Source: Candidatus Marinacidobacterium sp.
Lineage (GTDB): Bacteria > Acidobacteriota > Vicinamibacteria > Marinacidobacterales > Marinacidobacteraceae
Direction: 5' to 3'
NCBI GenBank assembly: GCA_965204755.1
Contig: OZ242011.1
Span: 1,664,001 to 1,728,000, forward strand
Length of the DNA: 64,000 nucleotides
The position numbers were made by a program, and so were the translations under genes. This document shows, piece after piece, positions 29,617 to 38,933 of the stretch. Under the pieces are notes generated by a model. It ran no database searches. It saw only the letters and a list, made by a program, of their open reading frames with translations, and was not told the origin of the DNA. Within the stretch, counting starts at the first letter, position 1. Each line of letters begins with the position of its first letter.

Positions 29617-30957
29617 TTATGCCGATTCGCCGCCGGGTTCCGTCCCCGGGGGCGGCGAATCGCGGCGGAACCACCGGTAGAGCGGGACGCCGGCGGCGGT
29701 GATTCCGAGGCCGACCAGCGCGTCGCGCGGGTCGGTGAGCAGCGTGTTGACCAGCAGCGCCGCCGAGAACACCGTGAACAGCGCCGGGAGGAGCGGATAC
29801 CCGAAGGCGCGGTACGGACGGGGCAGGTCGGGGCGGCTGCGGCGCAGGGCGAAAACCGCCGCGCTGCCGAGGCCGTAGAACAGCCACGAGACCACCACGA
29901 CATAGGTGAACAACTGGTCGTAGGTCCCGGTGAGCGCGATGGCGGCCGCCCAGACCCCCTGCGCCAGGGTGGCGCTGCGGGGGGCGCCCCCGGCGCCCAG
30001 CCGTCCGAACGACCGGAAGAACACGCCGTCGCGGGCCATCGCGTAATAGACCCGGGCGCCGGTGAAGATGAACCCGTTGGCGGCGGCGAAGCAGGAGACC
30101 ATCACCGCCGCCGAGACCAGCCGGCTCCCGAAGGGGCCGGCCACCGCGCGGGCGGCGTCGGCGGCCACGGTCTCCGTCCCGACGAAGTCGGCGAGCGGCA
30201 GCGCCCGGAGGTAGGCGAGGTGCAGCAGCAGGTAGATGCCGATCAGCGCCAGCAGGCTCACCGAAATCGCCCGGGGCAGGAACCGCTGCGGGTTCCTCAC
30301 CTCGCCGCCGACGAAGGTGATGCTGATCCAGCCGTCGTAGGCCCAGAGCGCCGCGATCATCGCCGCCCCCCACCGCGCCGCGGTCCCGCCTTCCACCGGC
30401 AGCCGGGCGGAGGCGATCTCCCCCGCCGGCTGCCCGCCCCAGAAGACGCAGAGCGCGATGACGGCGCCGGTCATCGCCAGTTTGGCGATCGTGGTCACAT
30501 TCTGCGTCCGCGCCGAACGGCGGACGCTGCGGCAGTTCCAGACCGAGAGGGCGAGGATCAGGCCGACGGCGGCGGCTTTCCGCGCCGGCGGGGTCAGGCC
30601 GACGAAGTCGCCGGCGTATTCCACGCAGATGACCGCCACCGCCGCGATGGAGGCGGTCTGGATCACCGCGAACAGGCTCCACCCGTAGAGGAACCCGACG
30701 AGCGGGCTCCAGGCGCGCTCCAGGTACACATACTCCCCGCCGGCCCGGGGGAACAGCGCCGCCAGTTCCGCGATGGCGAACGCGCCGCACAGCGAGATCG
30801 CCCCGGCGGCGACCCACACCAGCCCCGCCCCGAAGGCGCCGCCGGTCGCGGTCACCACATGCGCCGGCACCACGAACGCGGCGGACGCGAGGATCGTCCC
30901 GATGTTGATCAGGAGCGCGTCCGGGAGCCGCAACTCCCGCCGCAGGCCGCCGCCCAT
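29617..30957 (-). CDS. APC-family amino acid permease
   Basis: AELAALFPRAGGEY, ALWAYDGW, GEVRNP, ARVYYAMARDG. Confidence 0.92.
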   Translation of the reverse strand: MGGGLRRELRLPDALLINIGTILASAAFVVPAHVVTATGGAFGAGLVWVAAGAISLCGAFAIAELAALFPRAGGEYVYLERAWSPLVGFLYGWSLFAVIQTASIAAVAVICVEYAGDFVGLTPPARKAAAVGLILALSVWNCRSVRRSARTQNVTTIAKLAMTGAVIALCVFWGGQPAGEIASARLPVEGGTAARWGAAMIAALWAYDGWISITFVGGEVRNPQRFLPRAISVSLLALIGIYLLLHLAYLRALPLADFVGTETVAADAARAVAGPFGSRLVSAAVMVSCFAAANGFIFTGARVYYAMARDGVFFRSFGRLGAGGAPRSATLAQGVWAAAIALTGTYDQLFTYVVVVSWLFYGLGSAAVFALRRSRPDLPRPYRAFGYPLLPALFTVFSAALLVNTLLTDPRDALVGLGITAAGVPLYRWFRRDSPPPGTEPGGESA

Positions 30958-31038
30958 CCGGCGAAGTATCCGCGCCCGCCGGGGGTCTTGTCTTCGGGGC
31001 GCGCGGCGCCGCCGGCATTCGGCGGCGGGCCGCCGGGG

Positions 31039-32160
31039 TTACCGCGCCGGAACCGCTCGGAGGATGTAATCCATCAGGCTGGGTATGCCGGGTTCCCAAT
31101 CCGGCATGCCGTCCGTCCGCCAGACGAAACCCAAGTGACGGAACTCCTGCTCGGCAGCCTCCGCCTCGTCATCGCCGGCGGCCTCGCCGAAACCCCGAAG
31201 GATGGCGGCGTCCAGTTCGCTGTCGGAGATGACGGAGCGCGACTCGAAGGCCTCCGCGACCGCCCGCGCCGGCCGTAGCAGTCTCCGTTCCTTCAGTTCG
31301 TCGTAGCGCTGGGAGTAATAGCGGTTCCTCTGTTTCTCGAAGACGGCCTGGCAAGCCGGCGCATCGTCGGAGACGATGCGTTCGCGGGATTCCGCGCGGG
31401 CTCGCACCCAAACGGCCTCGCCCCACAGTTGGACGAAGAAGGGATACGCGTCGCTCTCGCGAACGATGTGCTCCAGGGCGCCGTCCGTGATGGTGATGTC
31501 ATCTTCCCGGAGCGGCCTCCGGATCGCCTCCGCCGCGGCGCGTTCGTCGAGCCTCCCCAAACCGATGATCCGGCTGCGGCTCCGGAACGAAGATCCGAGC
31601 GTTCCCAAGCGGGAACACAGATCCGGGGTTCCCGCAAGCACCAGCAGGAACGGGGCATCCCGTCCTGCGAGTTGGGCCGCGTCGAGCAGGGCTCGGCCGA
31701 TCCCGGGTTGGAGCATGTGCGCTTCGTCCAGCAGGATCGCCAGCGGCTTCCGGTTGGCGCGTACGGAGAGGACGGATCGGATCCGGGGCGCCGGCCCGCT
31801 CCCGCCGGGCCGCCAGGTGAAGCCGCGAATCGCGTTCTCCTGCGGCCTTACGGTCTCCCACCAGCACTGGGGCAAAAGGAATTCGGCCAATTCCAACTCC
31901 GAATCGAAGTCCGAGGGCGTCAACTCCAGCACATCCACGCCGGAGAAAACCGCCCCTTCTTCTTGCACCCACGCCAGAAGCGCCGTCTTGCCGTTGCCGC
32001 GCGGCCCGTAGAGGACGACTCCGCTCGGCGGCGCTTCGCCGCGGTCCAGTTGGGCGAGCAGCGCCCGGAAGAAGTCCTGTTCCTGCTCGCGTCCGGCCAA
32101 GTACGGCGGGAGGCCGCCGGGTCCGGGACAAAACGGGCCCAGACCGATCTCGGAGCGCAC
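31039..32160 (-). CDS. Stand-alone AAA_16-type P-loop ATPase, probable C-terminal winged helix (paralog A)
   Basis: PPYLAGRE, GPRGNGKT, LLDEAH, YPFFVQLWG, WEPGIPSLMDYI. Confidence 0.85.
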   Translation of the reverse strand: MRSEIGLGPFCPGPGGLPPYLAGREQEQDFFRALLAQLDRGEAPPSGVVLYGPRGNGKTALLAWVQEEGAVFSGVDVLELTPSDFDSELELAEFLLPQCWWETVRPQENAIRGFTWRPGGSGPAPRIRSVLSVRANRKPLAILLDEAHMLQPGIGRALLDAAQLAGRDAPFLLVLAGTPDLCSRLGTLGSSFRSRSRIIGLGRLDERAAAEAIRRPLREDDITITDGALEHIVRESDAYPFFVQLWGEAVWVRARAESRERIVSDDAPACQAVFEKQRNRYYSQRYDELKERRLLRPARAVAEAFESRSVISDSELDAAILRGFGEAAGDDEAEAAEQEFRHLGFVWRTDGMPDWEPGIPSLMDYILRAVPAR

Positions 32161-32321
32161 GAGAACCAGTGTAGACAGCCGGCTTCCTTCCGCAGGAGAC
32201 CTCCGAAGAGCGCGACGACCGAGGAACCCTTCGCGCCGTGGTGGCCTCGCGCACGGACCTCCCCGGCGTACGATCCCCCCGCGTGCCCGACCCCCCTGAA
32301 ACCGGCGCCGAGCGGGAGGAG

Positions 32322-32759
32322 ATGGAGGCCCACATGCGGCGGGCGCTCGACGAGGCGCGGCGGGCGGAGGCGAACGGGGAAGTTCCCGTCGGCGCGGTCG
32401 TCGCGCGGGGAGGAGAGGTGCTGGCCGCCGCCGGGAACCGGGTGGTCGCCGACGAGGATCCGACCGCGCACGCCGAGGTGCTCGCGCTCCGCGCCGCCGC
32501 CAAGCAAGCGGGCAACTACCGGCTCGACGGCGCGGACCTCTACGCCACCGTCGAGCCCTGTCTCATGTGCGCCGGAGCGATCGTGCATGCCCGGATCCGC
32601 CGCGTCGTTTTCGGCGCGCCGGAGCCCAAGTTCGGTGGAGTAGAATCGCGGGTTGCACTGGAGCGAATCGGCCTGCCGCACCGGTTCTCGTCGGTCTCCG
32701 GGGTTCTCGCCGACGACGGGCGCGAACTCCTGCAGCGCTTCTTCCGTTCCCGACGGTAG
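32322..32759 (+). CDS. tadA: tRNA-specific adenosine deaminase
   Basis: GEVPVGAV, DPTAHAE, EPCLMCAGA; start could alternatively be GTG 32283. Confidence 0.92.
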   Translation: MEAHMRRALDEARRAEANGEVPVGAVVARGGEVLAAAGNRVVADEDPTAHAEVLALRAAAKQAGNYRLDGADLYATVEPCLMCAGAIVHARIRRVVFGAPEPKFGGVESRVALERIGLPHRFSSVSGVLADDGRELLQRFFRSRR

Positions 32760-32793
32760 CCGGCGCGCCGACCCGCTCCGCCATGCGCGACCC

Positions 32794-32886
32794 GGAGAGG
32801 TACCGAAGTGGCCGTAACGGGGGCGCCTCGAAAGCGCTTTGTCCGGTGAAGAGCCGGGCACGTGGGTTCGAATCCCACCCTCTCCG
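32794..32886 (+). tRNA. tRNA-Ser(CGA)
   Basis: Acceptor stem GGAGAGG/CCTCTCC plus G discriminator; anticodon arm GGCGC-CTCGAAA-GCGCT; long variable arm; GGTTCGAATCC; CCA not encoded. Confidence 0.95.
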
Positions 32887-33847
32887 CGCGCGCCGACCGA
32901 CGCCGGCGCGCTCGATTCGAGTCCTCGCGGCTGCGGCGCTCGCGGCCGCTGCCGGAACCGCCGCCGCCGGAACCGCCGCCGCCGCGCCGCCCGCCCGCCC
33001 GGCGCCGGCGAGCGGCGCCTCGCTCACCGTCGCGACCTGGAACATCGCCTGGTTCGGCGACGGGGACGACGACGATGTCCTCACCGGCAACCTCCAGGGC
33101 GGCCGCCACCTGCGCGGCGCCGCCGACCTCGACCGCCTGCGGGCCGTGGTCGCCCGGCTGGTCGGCCTCGGCGTGGAGGCGGTCGGCCTCCAGGAGATCG
33201 AGAACTTCGCCGCCGCGCGCCGCCTCTTCCCCGAGCCGGAGTGGGCGCTCTTCGTCTCCCGCCGCAACCCGGCGCCCGAGTGGGCGCAGCGCACGGCGAT
33301 CGCGGTCCGCCGCGCCTCCGGCTGGCAGGTCGAGCGCCACGCGGATGTCCTCGAGTGGTCGCCGCTGGGCCGAGACCGCTACGGCGTGGACCTCACCCTG
33401 ACCCGCGGCGGCGAGCGCGTGCGCCTGCTCACCGTGCACTTCCAGTCCGGCTGCCACGGGGCGGCCCTGACTTCCGAACGCCGGCAGTGCGGCTTCCTCC
33501 GGATGCAATTCGCCGTGCTCAAGGGCTGGCTCCACGAGCGGTTCCTCGAACGGACGCCGGTGGTCATCGCCGGCGACTGGAACCGATTCCTCTCACGCGG
33601 CGAAGAAGGCGACGACGCCCTGTTCCCCGGCGAACCGCTGGTGCTCCCGGAACCCGGCAGTTCCCCCCGCTGCTGGGACGGCCACTTCGACCACTTCGTG
33701 GACCACATCGTCGCCTTCGACGCCGGCGGCGGACGCCCGGCCTCGCGGCGGTTCGAGGAAGTGCGCTACGAGGCGCCCTTCTCCCGGCGCGACCGCTACT
33801 CCGACCACTGCCCGCTGGTCGCCGAACTCGCCTTCCAGGCCGAATAA
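32846..33847 (+). CDS. Secreted endonuclease/exonuclease/phosphatase (EEP) family protein; start uncertain
   Basis: ATWNIAW, LQEI, IAGDWNR, DHIV, SDHCP; Ala-rich signal-like segment; nearest canonical in-frame start is a GTG inside the tRNA. Confidence 0.8.
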   Translation: MKSRARGFESHPLRARRPTPARSIRVLAAAALAAAAGTAAAGTAAAAPPARPAPASGASLTVATWNIAWFGDGDDDDVLTGNLQGGRHLRGAADLDRLRAVVARLVGLGVEAVGLQEIENFAAARRLFPEPEWALFVSRRNPAPEWAQRTAIAVRRASGWQVERHADVLEWSPLGRDRYGVDLTLTRGGERVRLLTVHFQSGCHGAALTSERRQCGFLRMQFAVLKGWLHERFLERTPVVIAGDWNRFLSRGEEGDDALFPGEPLVLPEPGSSPRCWDGHFDHFVDHIVAFDAGGGRPASRRFEEVRYEAPFSRRDRYSDHCPLVAELAFQAE

Positions 33848-33953
33848 CCGAAGTCCTCCCGCGTCCGATTCGGGGAGCGGGAACGCCGCCTCGAACCGCC
33901 GCGGTTTTGCCCCGCGTTCCGGGGCCTCGGCTCGCATAAACTGATTCGTTCGC

Positions 33954-36900
33954 TTGCCTCGCCCGCCGTTCCCCCCGTTCCCCGTCGAAACGACGCTCCT
34001 CGGCGGCGGGCGGCTCCACTTCTGGGGCCCCGGCCGTCCGGCGGCGAAGGTCGCCGACTGGGTATTCCGCCGCGTCGGCGACCGTTGGCCGGGGGAGGCG
34101 CCGCCCCGCGCCGAAACGGCGAAAGCGACGATCGGGGGCGCGGCGCGGGAAGGCCTGACCCTCGAACCGCTGGCCGCGGCCGCGGCGCTCGCCGCCTGCG
34201 TCCCGCCGCCCCGTTCCCCGGACCGGCGCGGCGCTTCGCTGCGCTTCTGGGTGCTCGCGAACCGCTTCCTCCTGGCGCTCCTCTCGCGGGGCCGCTTCCG
34301 CCCCGCCGTCCGGGACCGGGCGCGGCGGAACGGGAGTCGGGGCGGGGCGGCGCTCTGGCTGCCGGACTTCGCCTCCCACCCCCGGGAACTGGACGCGCTG
34401 CGGCTGGCCGCGCCGGACCGGGCGTTCGCGGCCCCGGACCGGGAGCCGGCCCTCGCCGCCTACTTCACCGCCGCCGGCGACGCCATCGTGCGCGACGCGG
34501 CGCGCCGGCTCGGCGGCGCCGGCCGGTCGGCGCGGGCGGCGAGCGAACCGGTGGAGGCCGCGCTCGCCGACCTCCTGTCCCCGGAGTCCACCCGGCTCGC
34601 CGACCGGAACGGGGACGACCTCCGCCGCATCGCCGCCGCGCTCGGGGACCCGGCGGCGGGGGGCGCGGACGCCGACGCCCCGGAGTCGCCGGTGGTCTTC
34701 GCGCTCGAACCCCCGCCGGCCAGGGACAACGCCTCCGGCGGCCGCTGGCGCCTCCGGTTCGGGCTGGCGACGGACGGTTCGGGCGCGAACGGCTCGGCCC
34801 CGGAACGACCGGCGGGCGAGCCCGACCGGCGGAACGACGAACCGAACGACGGATCGAACGACAGGACGAACGACAGCGCCCTGCTCCCCCTCTCCGAGGT
34901 CTGGGGCACGCTCGACCCGGTGACGAACCTCCACCGCTTCGGCGCCGCCGACCCCGCGCTGCCGCTCCTCCGGGCGCTCGGCCGCGCCGCCCGCGCCTGC
35001 CCCCTGCTCGAACGCGGGCTGCGCGACGAAGCCCCGGAACAGGTGGAGATCTCCGCCGCCGAGGCCTACGAGTTCCTCCACCAGGGCCAGGACGCGCTGC
35101 GCCGCATCGGCTACTCGGTCCGGGTGCCGGAGGCGCTCGCCGGCAAGCGCACCCGGAAGCCCACCCTCCGCCTCACCATCCGGCCGGCCGGCAAACGCGG
35201 GGCGCCCCGCGGCCGGGTCGGCGGGGGAAGCCGCGGCGCCCGCGCCGGCCTCGGCCTCGACACGCTCATGGACTACCGCTGGCGGGTCGAGGTCGGCGCG
35301 CACTCCTGGAGCCTCGAGGAATTCCGGCGCCTCACCCGCGGCCGCCGCCGGCTGGTCCAAGCCGGGGACGAGTGGGTCGAACTCGACCACGACCAGGTGG
35401 ACCGGGTGCTCCACGAACTCGGCCGCCGCCGCGCGAGATCCGGCGGCCGCCCGCCGGCGCTCCGCGACGCCCTGCGCGAACGCCTGCTCGCCGGCGCGCC
35501 CCCCGCCCGCTCGCTCTTCGACGACGAGGACCTCCCCGCCGTCTCCGCGATCGAAGGCGAGAACTGGGTGGGCGAACTCTTCGCCGCGCTCGAAGCCGCG
35601 GCCAGCGAACTGGGGGAGGCGTCGCCCCCGTCCGGCCTCCGCACCCAACTCCGCCCCTACCAGCGCGTCGGCTACTCGTGGCTGCGGCTGCTCGCCGACC
35701 ACGGCCTGGGCGGCTGCCTGGCCGACGACATGGGCCTCGGCAAGACCTGCCAGGCGCTCGCCTTCCTGCTCGGCGAACAGGAAGCGGGGCGGCTGACCCG
35801 CCCCTACCTCCTCGTCTGCCCCAACTCGATCGTCGCCAACTGGCGCAAGGAGGCGGAGCGGTTCGCGCCCTCGCTCCGCCTCCATGTGCGCCAGGGCGCG
35901 AAGCGGTCCCGCGGCGAGGAGTTCGAGCGCCGGGTCGCCGAGAGCGACCTGGTGGTCTGCTCCTTCGGGATCACCCACCGCGACTTCGACATCCTGGACG
36001 GCGTGTCCTGGGGCGGGCTGATCGTGGACGAGGCGCAGAACCTGAAGAACCCCGGCGCCAAGCAGACCCGCGCCGTCCGCCGGCTCACCACCCCGGTCCG
36101 CTTCGCCCTCACCGGCACGCCGCTGGAGAACCGGCTCACCGACCTGTGGTCGATCATGGAGTTCCTGAACCCCGGCTTCCTGGGGCCGGAGCGCACCTTC
36201 CGCCGGGCGTTCACCGCCGCGGTCGAGGGCGGCCAGGACCCCGAAGCCACCGCCCAACTCCGGCGGCTGGTCAGCCCGTTCGTGCTCCGCCGGGTCAAGA
36301 CCGACCCCAAGGTCATCCGCGACCTGCCGGAGAAGCACCAAGCGCGGGTGTACTGCAGCCTCACCGGCGAGCAGGCGGCGCTCTACCAGGCGGCGGTGGA
36401 CCAGTGCGCGGAGCGGATCGAGGCCAGCCGCGGCATCACCCGCCACGGCGAGATCCTGCGCACCCTCACCCGGCTCAAGCAGATCTGCAACCACCCGGAG
36501 AACCTGCTGCGCACCGGGGGGCCGCTGGAGGGCCGCTCCGGGAAACTCACCCGGCTCACCGAGATCCTGTTCGAGGTCGGGGAGCGCGGCGAGCGGTCGC
36601 TGGTCTTCACCCAGTTCGCGGAGATGGCGCGCCTCCTCGCGGAACACCTCTCCGGCCTGTTCGACCGGGAGATCCCGGTGCTCCACGGCGGCGCCCCGGT
36701 GGCGGAGCGGGACGAGATCGTCACCGGGTTCCAGGAATCGGAGGACGCGCCCCCGGTGCTCGTCCTCTCCCTCAAGACCGGCGGCTACGGGCTCAACCTG
36801 ACCCGCGCCAGCCATGTCGTCCACTACGACCGCTGGTGGAACCCGGCGGTGGAGAACCAGGCGACCGACCGGGCGTTCCGCATCGGCCAGCGGAAGCGGG

Positions 36901-37079
36901 TGCTGGTGCACAAGTTCCTCTGCGCCGGGACGCTCGAAGAACGAATCGCCGACCTCCTGGAGCGGAAGACCGCGCTCGCCGAGTCGGTCATCGGCGGCGG
37001 CGAGTCCTGGCTCGCCTCCCTGGCGCCGCAGGCCTTCCGGAAGGTCATCGCCCTCGACCCGGAGGCGGTCGCCGAGTGA
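33954..37079 (+). CDS. SNF2-family helicase (DUF3670-type)
   Basis: LRPYQ, LADDMGLGKT, DEAQ, LTGTPLEN, DRWWNPAVENQATDRAFRIGQ. Confidence 0.95.
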   Translation: MPRPPFPPFPVETTLLGGGRLHFWGPGRPAAKVADWVFRRVGDRWPGEAPPRAETAKATIGGAAREGLTLEPLAAAAALAACVPPPRSPDRRGASLRFWVLANRFLLALLSRGRFRPAVRDRARRNGSRGGAALWLPDFASHPRELDALRLAAPDRAFAAPDREPALAAYFTAAGDAIVRDAARRLGGAGRSARAASEPVEAALADLLSPESTRLADRNGDDLRRIAAALGDPAAGGADADAPESPVVFALEPPPARDNASGGRWRLRFGLATDGSGANGSAPERPAGEPDRRNDEPNDGSNDRTNDSALLPLSEVWGTLDPVTNLHRFGAADPALPLLRALGRAARACPLLERGLRDEAPEQVEISAAEAYEFLHQGQDALRRIGYSVRVPEALAGKRTRKPTLRLTIRPAGKRGAPRGRVGGGSRGARAGLGLDTLMDYRWRVEVGAHSWSLEEFRRLTRGRRRLVQAGDEWVELDHDQVDRVLHELGRRRARSGGRPPALRDALRERLLAGAPPARSLFDDEDLPAVSAIEGENWVGELFAALEAAASELGEASPPSGLRTQLRPYQRVGYSWLRLLADHGLGGCLADDMGLGKTCQALAFLLGEQEAGRLTRPYLLVCPNSIVANWRKEAERFAPSLRLHVRQGAKRSRGEEFERRVAESDLVVCSFGITHRDFDILDGVSWGGLIVDEAQNLKNPGAKQTRAVRRLTTPVRFALTGTPLENRLTDLWSIMEFLNPGFLGPERTFRRAFTAAVEGGQDPEATAQLRRLVSPFVLRRVKTDPKVIRDLPEKHQARVYCSLTGEQAALYQAAVDQCAERIEASRGITRHGEILRTLTRLKQICNHPENLLRTGGPLEGRSGKLTRLTEILFEVGERGERSLVFTQFAEMARLLAEHLSGLFDREIPVLHGGAPVAERDEIVTGFQESEDAPPVLVLSLKTGGYGLNLTRASHVVHYDRWWNPAVENQATDRAFRIGQRKRVLVHKFLCAGTLEERIADLLERKTALAESVIGGGESWLASLAPQAFRKVIALDPEAVAE

Positions 37080-37879
37080 CCCTCCCGGACTTGCCCTGGT
37101 GGGCGGCGGACTTCGCCCGCCCGCCGCGGGCCGGCCGGGTCGGCGCCGACCTCCCCGCCGGGGCGGAGGCGGCCGACTCCGGATTCCCGCGCGGTTCGGT
37201 GACCGTCGAGCCCGGCGCGGCGATCGCCGAAGTCTCCGGGCGCCGCTTCCGGACGACCACCGCGCGGCTGACCGCCCCGACCCTCACGCGGGGCCAGTGG
37301 GAGACCCTGTTCCGCCTCTTCTCCGAGCAGGCGCTCTACCCGGCGGCCCTGCTGGCCGGCTACCTGCCCCGGAGCGCCCGCAGCGACCTGTCCGGGAGAG
37401 GCGTCCGGCTCCTCCCCCCGGCGAACCGCGTCGCCCTCGCGCCCGCCGACCTCCCGGAGGAAACGCGGATCGAGGCGCGTCAACTCATCGCCCTCCACTT
37501 CGCGGCGGACCCGTTCCACCTGCTGCACTTCCGGGGGCGCGACCGCGCCGCTGTCCTCGCCGGCATCTGCCGGGGCTGGAGGACGCGCCGCGCCGGGCCG
37601 GCCGACGGCAACGGCGCCGCCATCGGGCTCGACGAACTCGAAGCGATCCTGGGGAACGGCGTCCCGGCCGGCCCGGCCCCGGCTCCCGCGTCCGACGAAG
37701 GGGAAACCGCGGCGCTGTCCGCCCCGCTCCGCCCCCTGCTGCTCCAGGTGCAGCAGGCGGAGGCGTTTCGGGGCGACCCGGTGCTGCGGGCGAAACTCTC
37801 GCGGCTCTACACCAAGGTCACGGAACGAGCCGCCGCCCTGGCGCCGCGCCACCGCGCGGAGTCCCCGCGGTCGCGCTGA
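37076..37879 (+). CDS. SWIM-family partner of SNF2, zinc-finger ligands missing
   Basis: GTGA coupling to SNF2; AALLAGxLP and DPFHLLHFRG flanks present but no CxC...CxH. Confidence 0.65.
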   Translation: MTLPDLPWWAADFARPPRAGRVGADLPAGAEAADSGFPRGSVTVEPGAAIAEVSGRRFRTTTARLTAPTLTRGQWETLFRLFSEQALYPAALLAGYLPRSARSDLSGRGVRLLPPANRVALAPADLPEETRIEARQLIALHFAADPFHLLHFRGRDRAAVLAGICRGWRTRRAGPADGNGAAIGLDELEAILGNGVPAGPAPAPASDEGETAALSAPLRPLLLQVQQAEAFRGDPVLRAKLSRLYTKVTERAAALAPRHRAESPRSR

Positions 37880-37883
37880 CCCC

Positions 37884-38882
37884 TCACTCCGGCGGCGCCC
37901 ACCGCTCGGCGGCGCGGATCGCGTCGCGGCGGGAGAGGAACCAGACCAGCCCGAGGCAGACGCCGAAGAAGAACCCGACGGCGTGCGCCCGGTAACTGAC
38001 TTCCGGGCGCACCGAAGTGGGAACGAGCACCAGAAGCGAGAACCCGACCACCCGCACCAGCCGCTTCACCACCGACAGCCGCCGCTCCACCAGCACATAG
38101 AGCGTCAGGCAGGCGCCGGCGAGCAGGTACACCATCCCCGACGCGCCCACCACGCGGATGTTCGGCGGGTAACCCTCGAGCGTCACCGCCAGCGCCAGCG
38201 CCCCTACCGGCAGCGCGCCGCCCGGATAGAGGCTCGACCCGAACGCCCCGTACGCGAAATACACCAGCAAGGTGAGCAGCACGCTGTTCGACAGCAGGTG
38301 CAGCGCGTCGGCGTGCGCCGCCATGGAAGTGAAGAGCCGCCACACCTCGGCCCGCCCGAACACGGTCTCCCCGCTCGCCGGCAGCGCCCGCGCCCAGTCC
38401 GGCGGCCCCCACCAGTAGATCGCGCTGAACGCCGCGGCGAGCCCCAGCGTCCAGGCCACCGCCCGCACCGCCCCGGCCTTCGGCTTCCGCGACAGCAGCG
38501 TCGAAACCACGAACGCCCCCGCCGCCGGCGCCCCCGAAACGCCCGCCGGCGGCGCCCCCGGCCCGGCGGACTCCCCCTCCCACCCGGCGCCCGGCCGAAC
38601 TTCGTCCGCCGGCCCGCCCCGATCCCCGTCCCGCTCTTCCCGGGTGAACTCCTCGTCGAACTCCCCCGCGAAACCGTCCGCGCCCTCGGCCTCCACGGCC
38701 TCGTAGAACTCGTCCTCCTCCTCGTCGAGTTCCTCCTCGTCCTCCGGAAACAACCTCCCCGGCTCCTCCACCCACTCTTCGGCGGTGTACGCCTCCTCTC
38801 CCTCGTCCTCCGCTCCGCCGAACCAGTCCACCTCCCGAACCTCCGGCGCCCCGCTCCGCGCCTTCCGCCGCCTCCAACGCAT
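37884..38882 (-). CDS. Rhomboid intramembrane serine protease with acidic N-terminal extension
   Basis: WRLFTS, HLLSN, GASG, AHAVG; start uncertain. Confidence 0.85.
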   Translation of the reverse strand: MRWRRRKARSGAPEVREVDWFGGAEDEGEEAYTAEEWVEEPGRLFPEDEEELDEEEDEFYEAVEAEGADGFAGEFDEEFTREERDGDRGGPADEVRPGAGWEGESAGPGAPPAGVSGAPAAGAFVVSTLLSRKPKAGAVRAVAWTLGLAAAFSAIYWWGPPDWARALPASGETVFGRAEVWRLFTSMAAHADALHLLSNSVLLTLLVYFAYGAFGSSLYPGGALPVGALALAVTLEGYPPNIRVVGASGMVYLLAGACLTLYVLVERRLSVVKRLVRVVGFSLLVLVPTSVRPEVSYRAHAVGFFFGVCLGLVWFLSRRDAIRAAERWAPPE

Positions 38883-38933
38883 CTCGCCCGCGCGGAGTAT
38901 CCGCCGAAACCCGCCCCCGGCGGCGGCGCGGAC

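Noticed and set aside
26345-31099. 1584-aa ORF, and similarly the 1412-aa (58614..62852), 1264-aa (34085..37879) and 973-aa (2120..5041) ORFs
   Set aside because: N-terminal Arg/Gly/Pro-rich extensions are off-frame read-through of neighbouring genes in high-GC DNA; real starts with signal peptide or RBS lie downstream
32794-32886. tRNA-Ser as the attachment site of an integrated element
   Set aside because: No duplicated tRNA 3' end and no integrase noticed in the window
34830-34875. 12-bp repeats encoding NDEP/NDGS/NDRT in SNF2
   Set aside because: Short in-frame linker expansion with no evidence of a separate function
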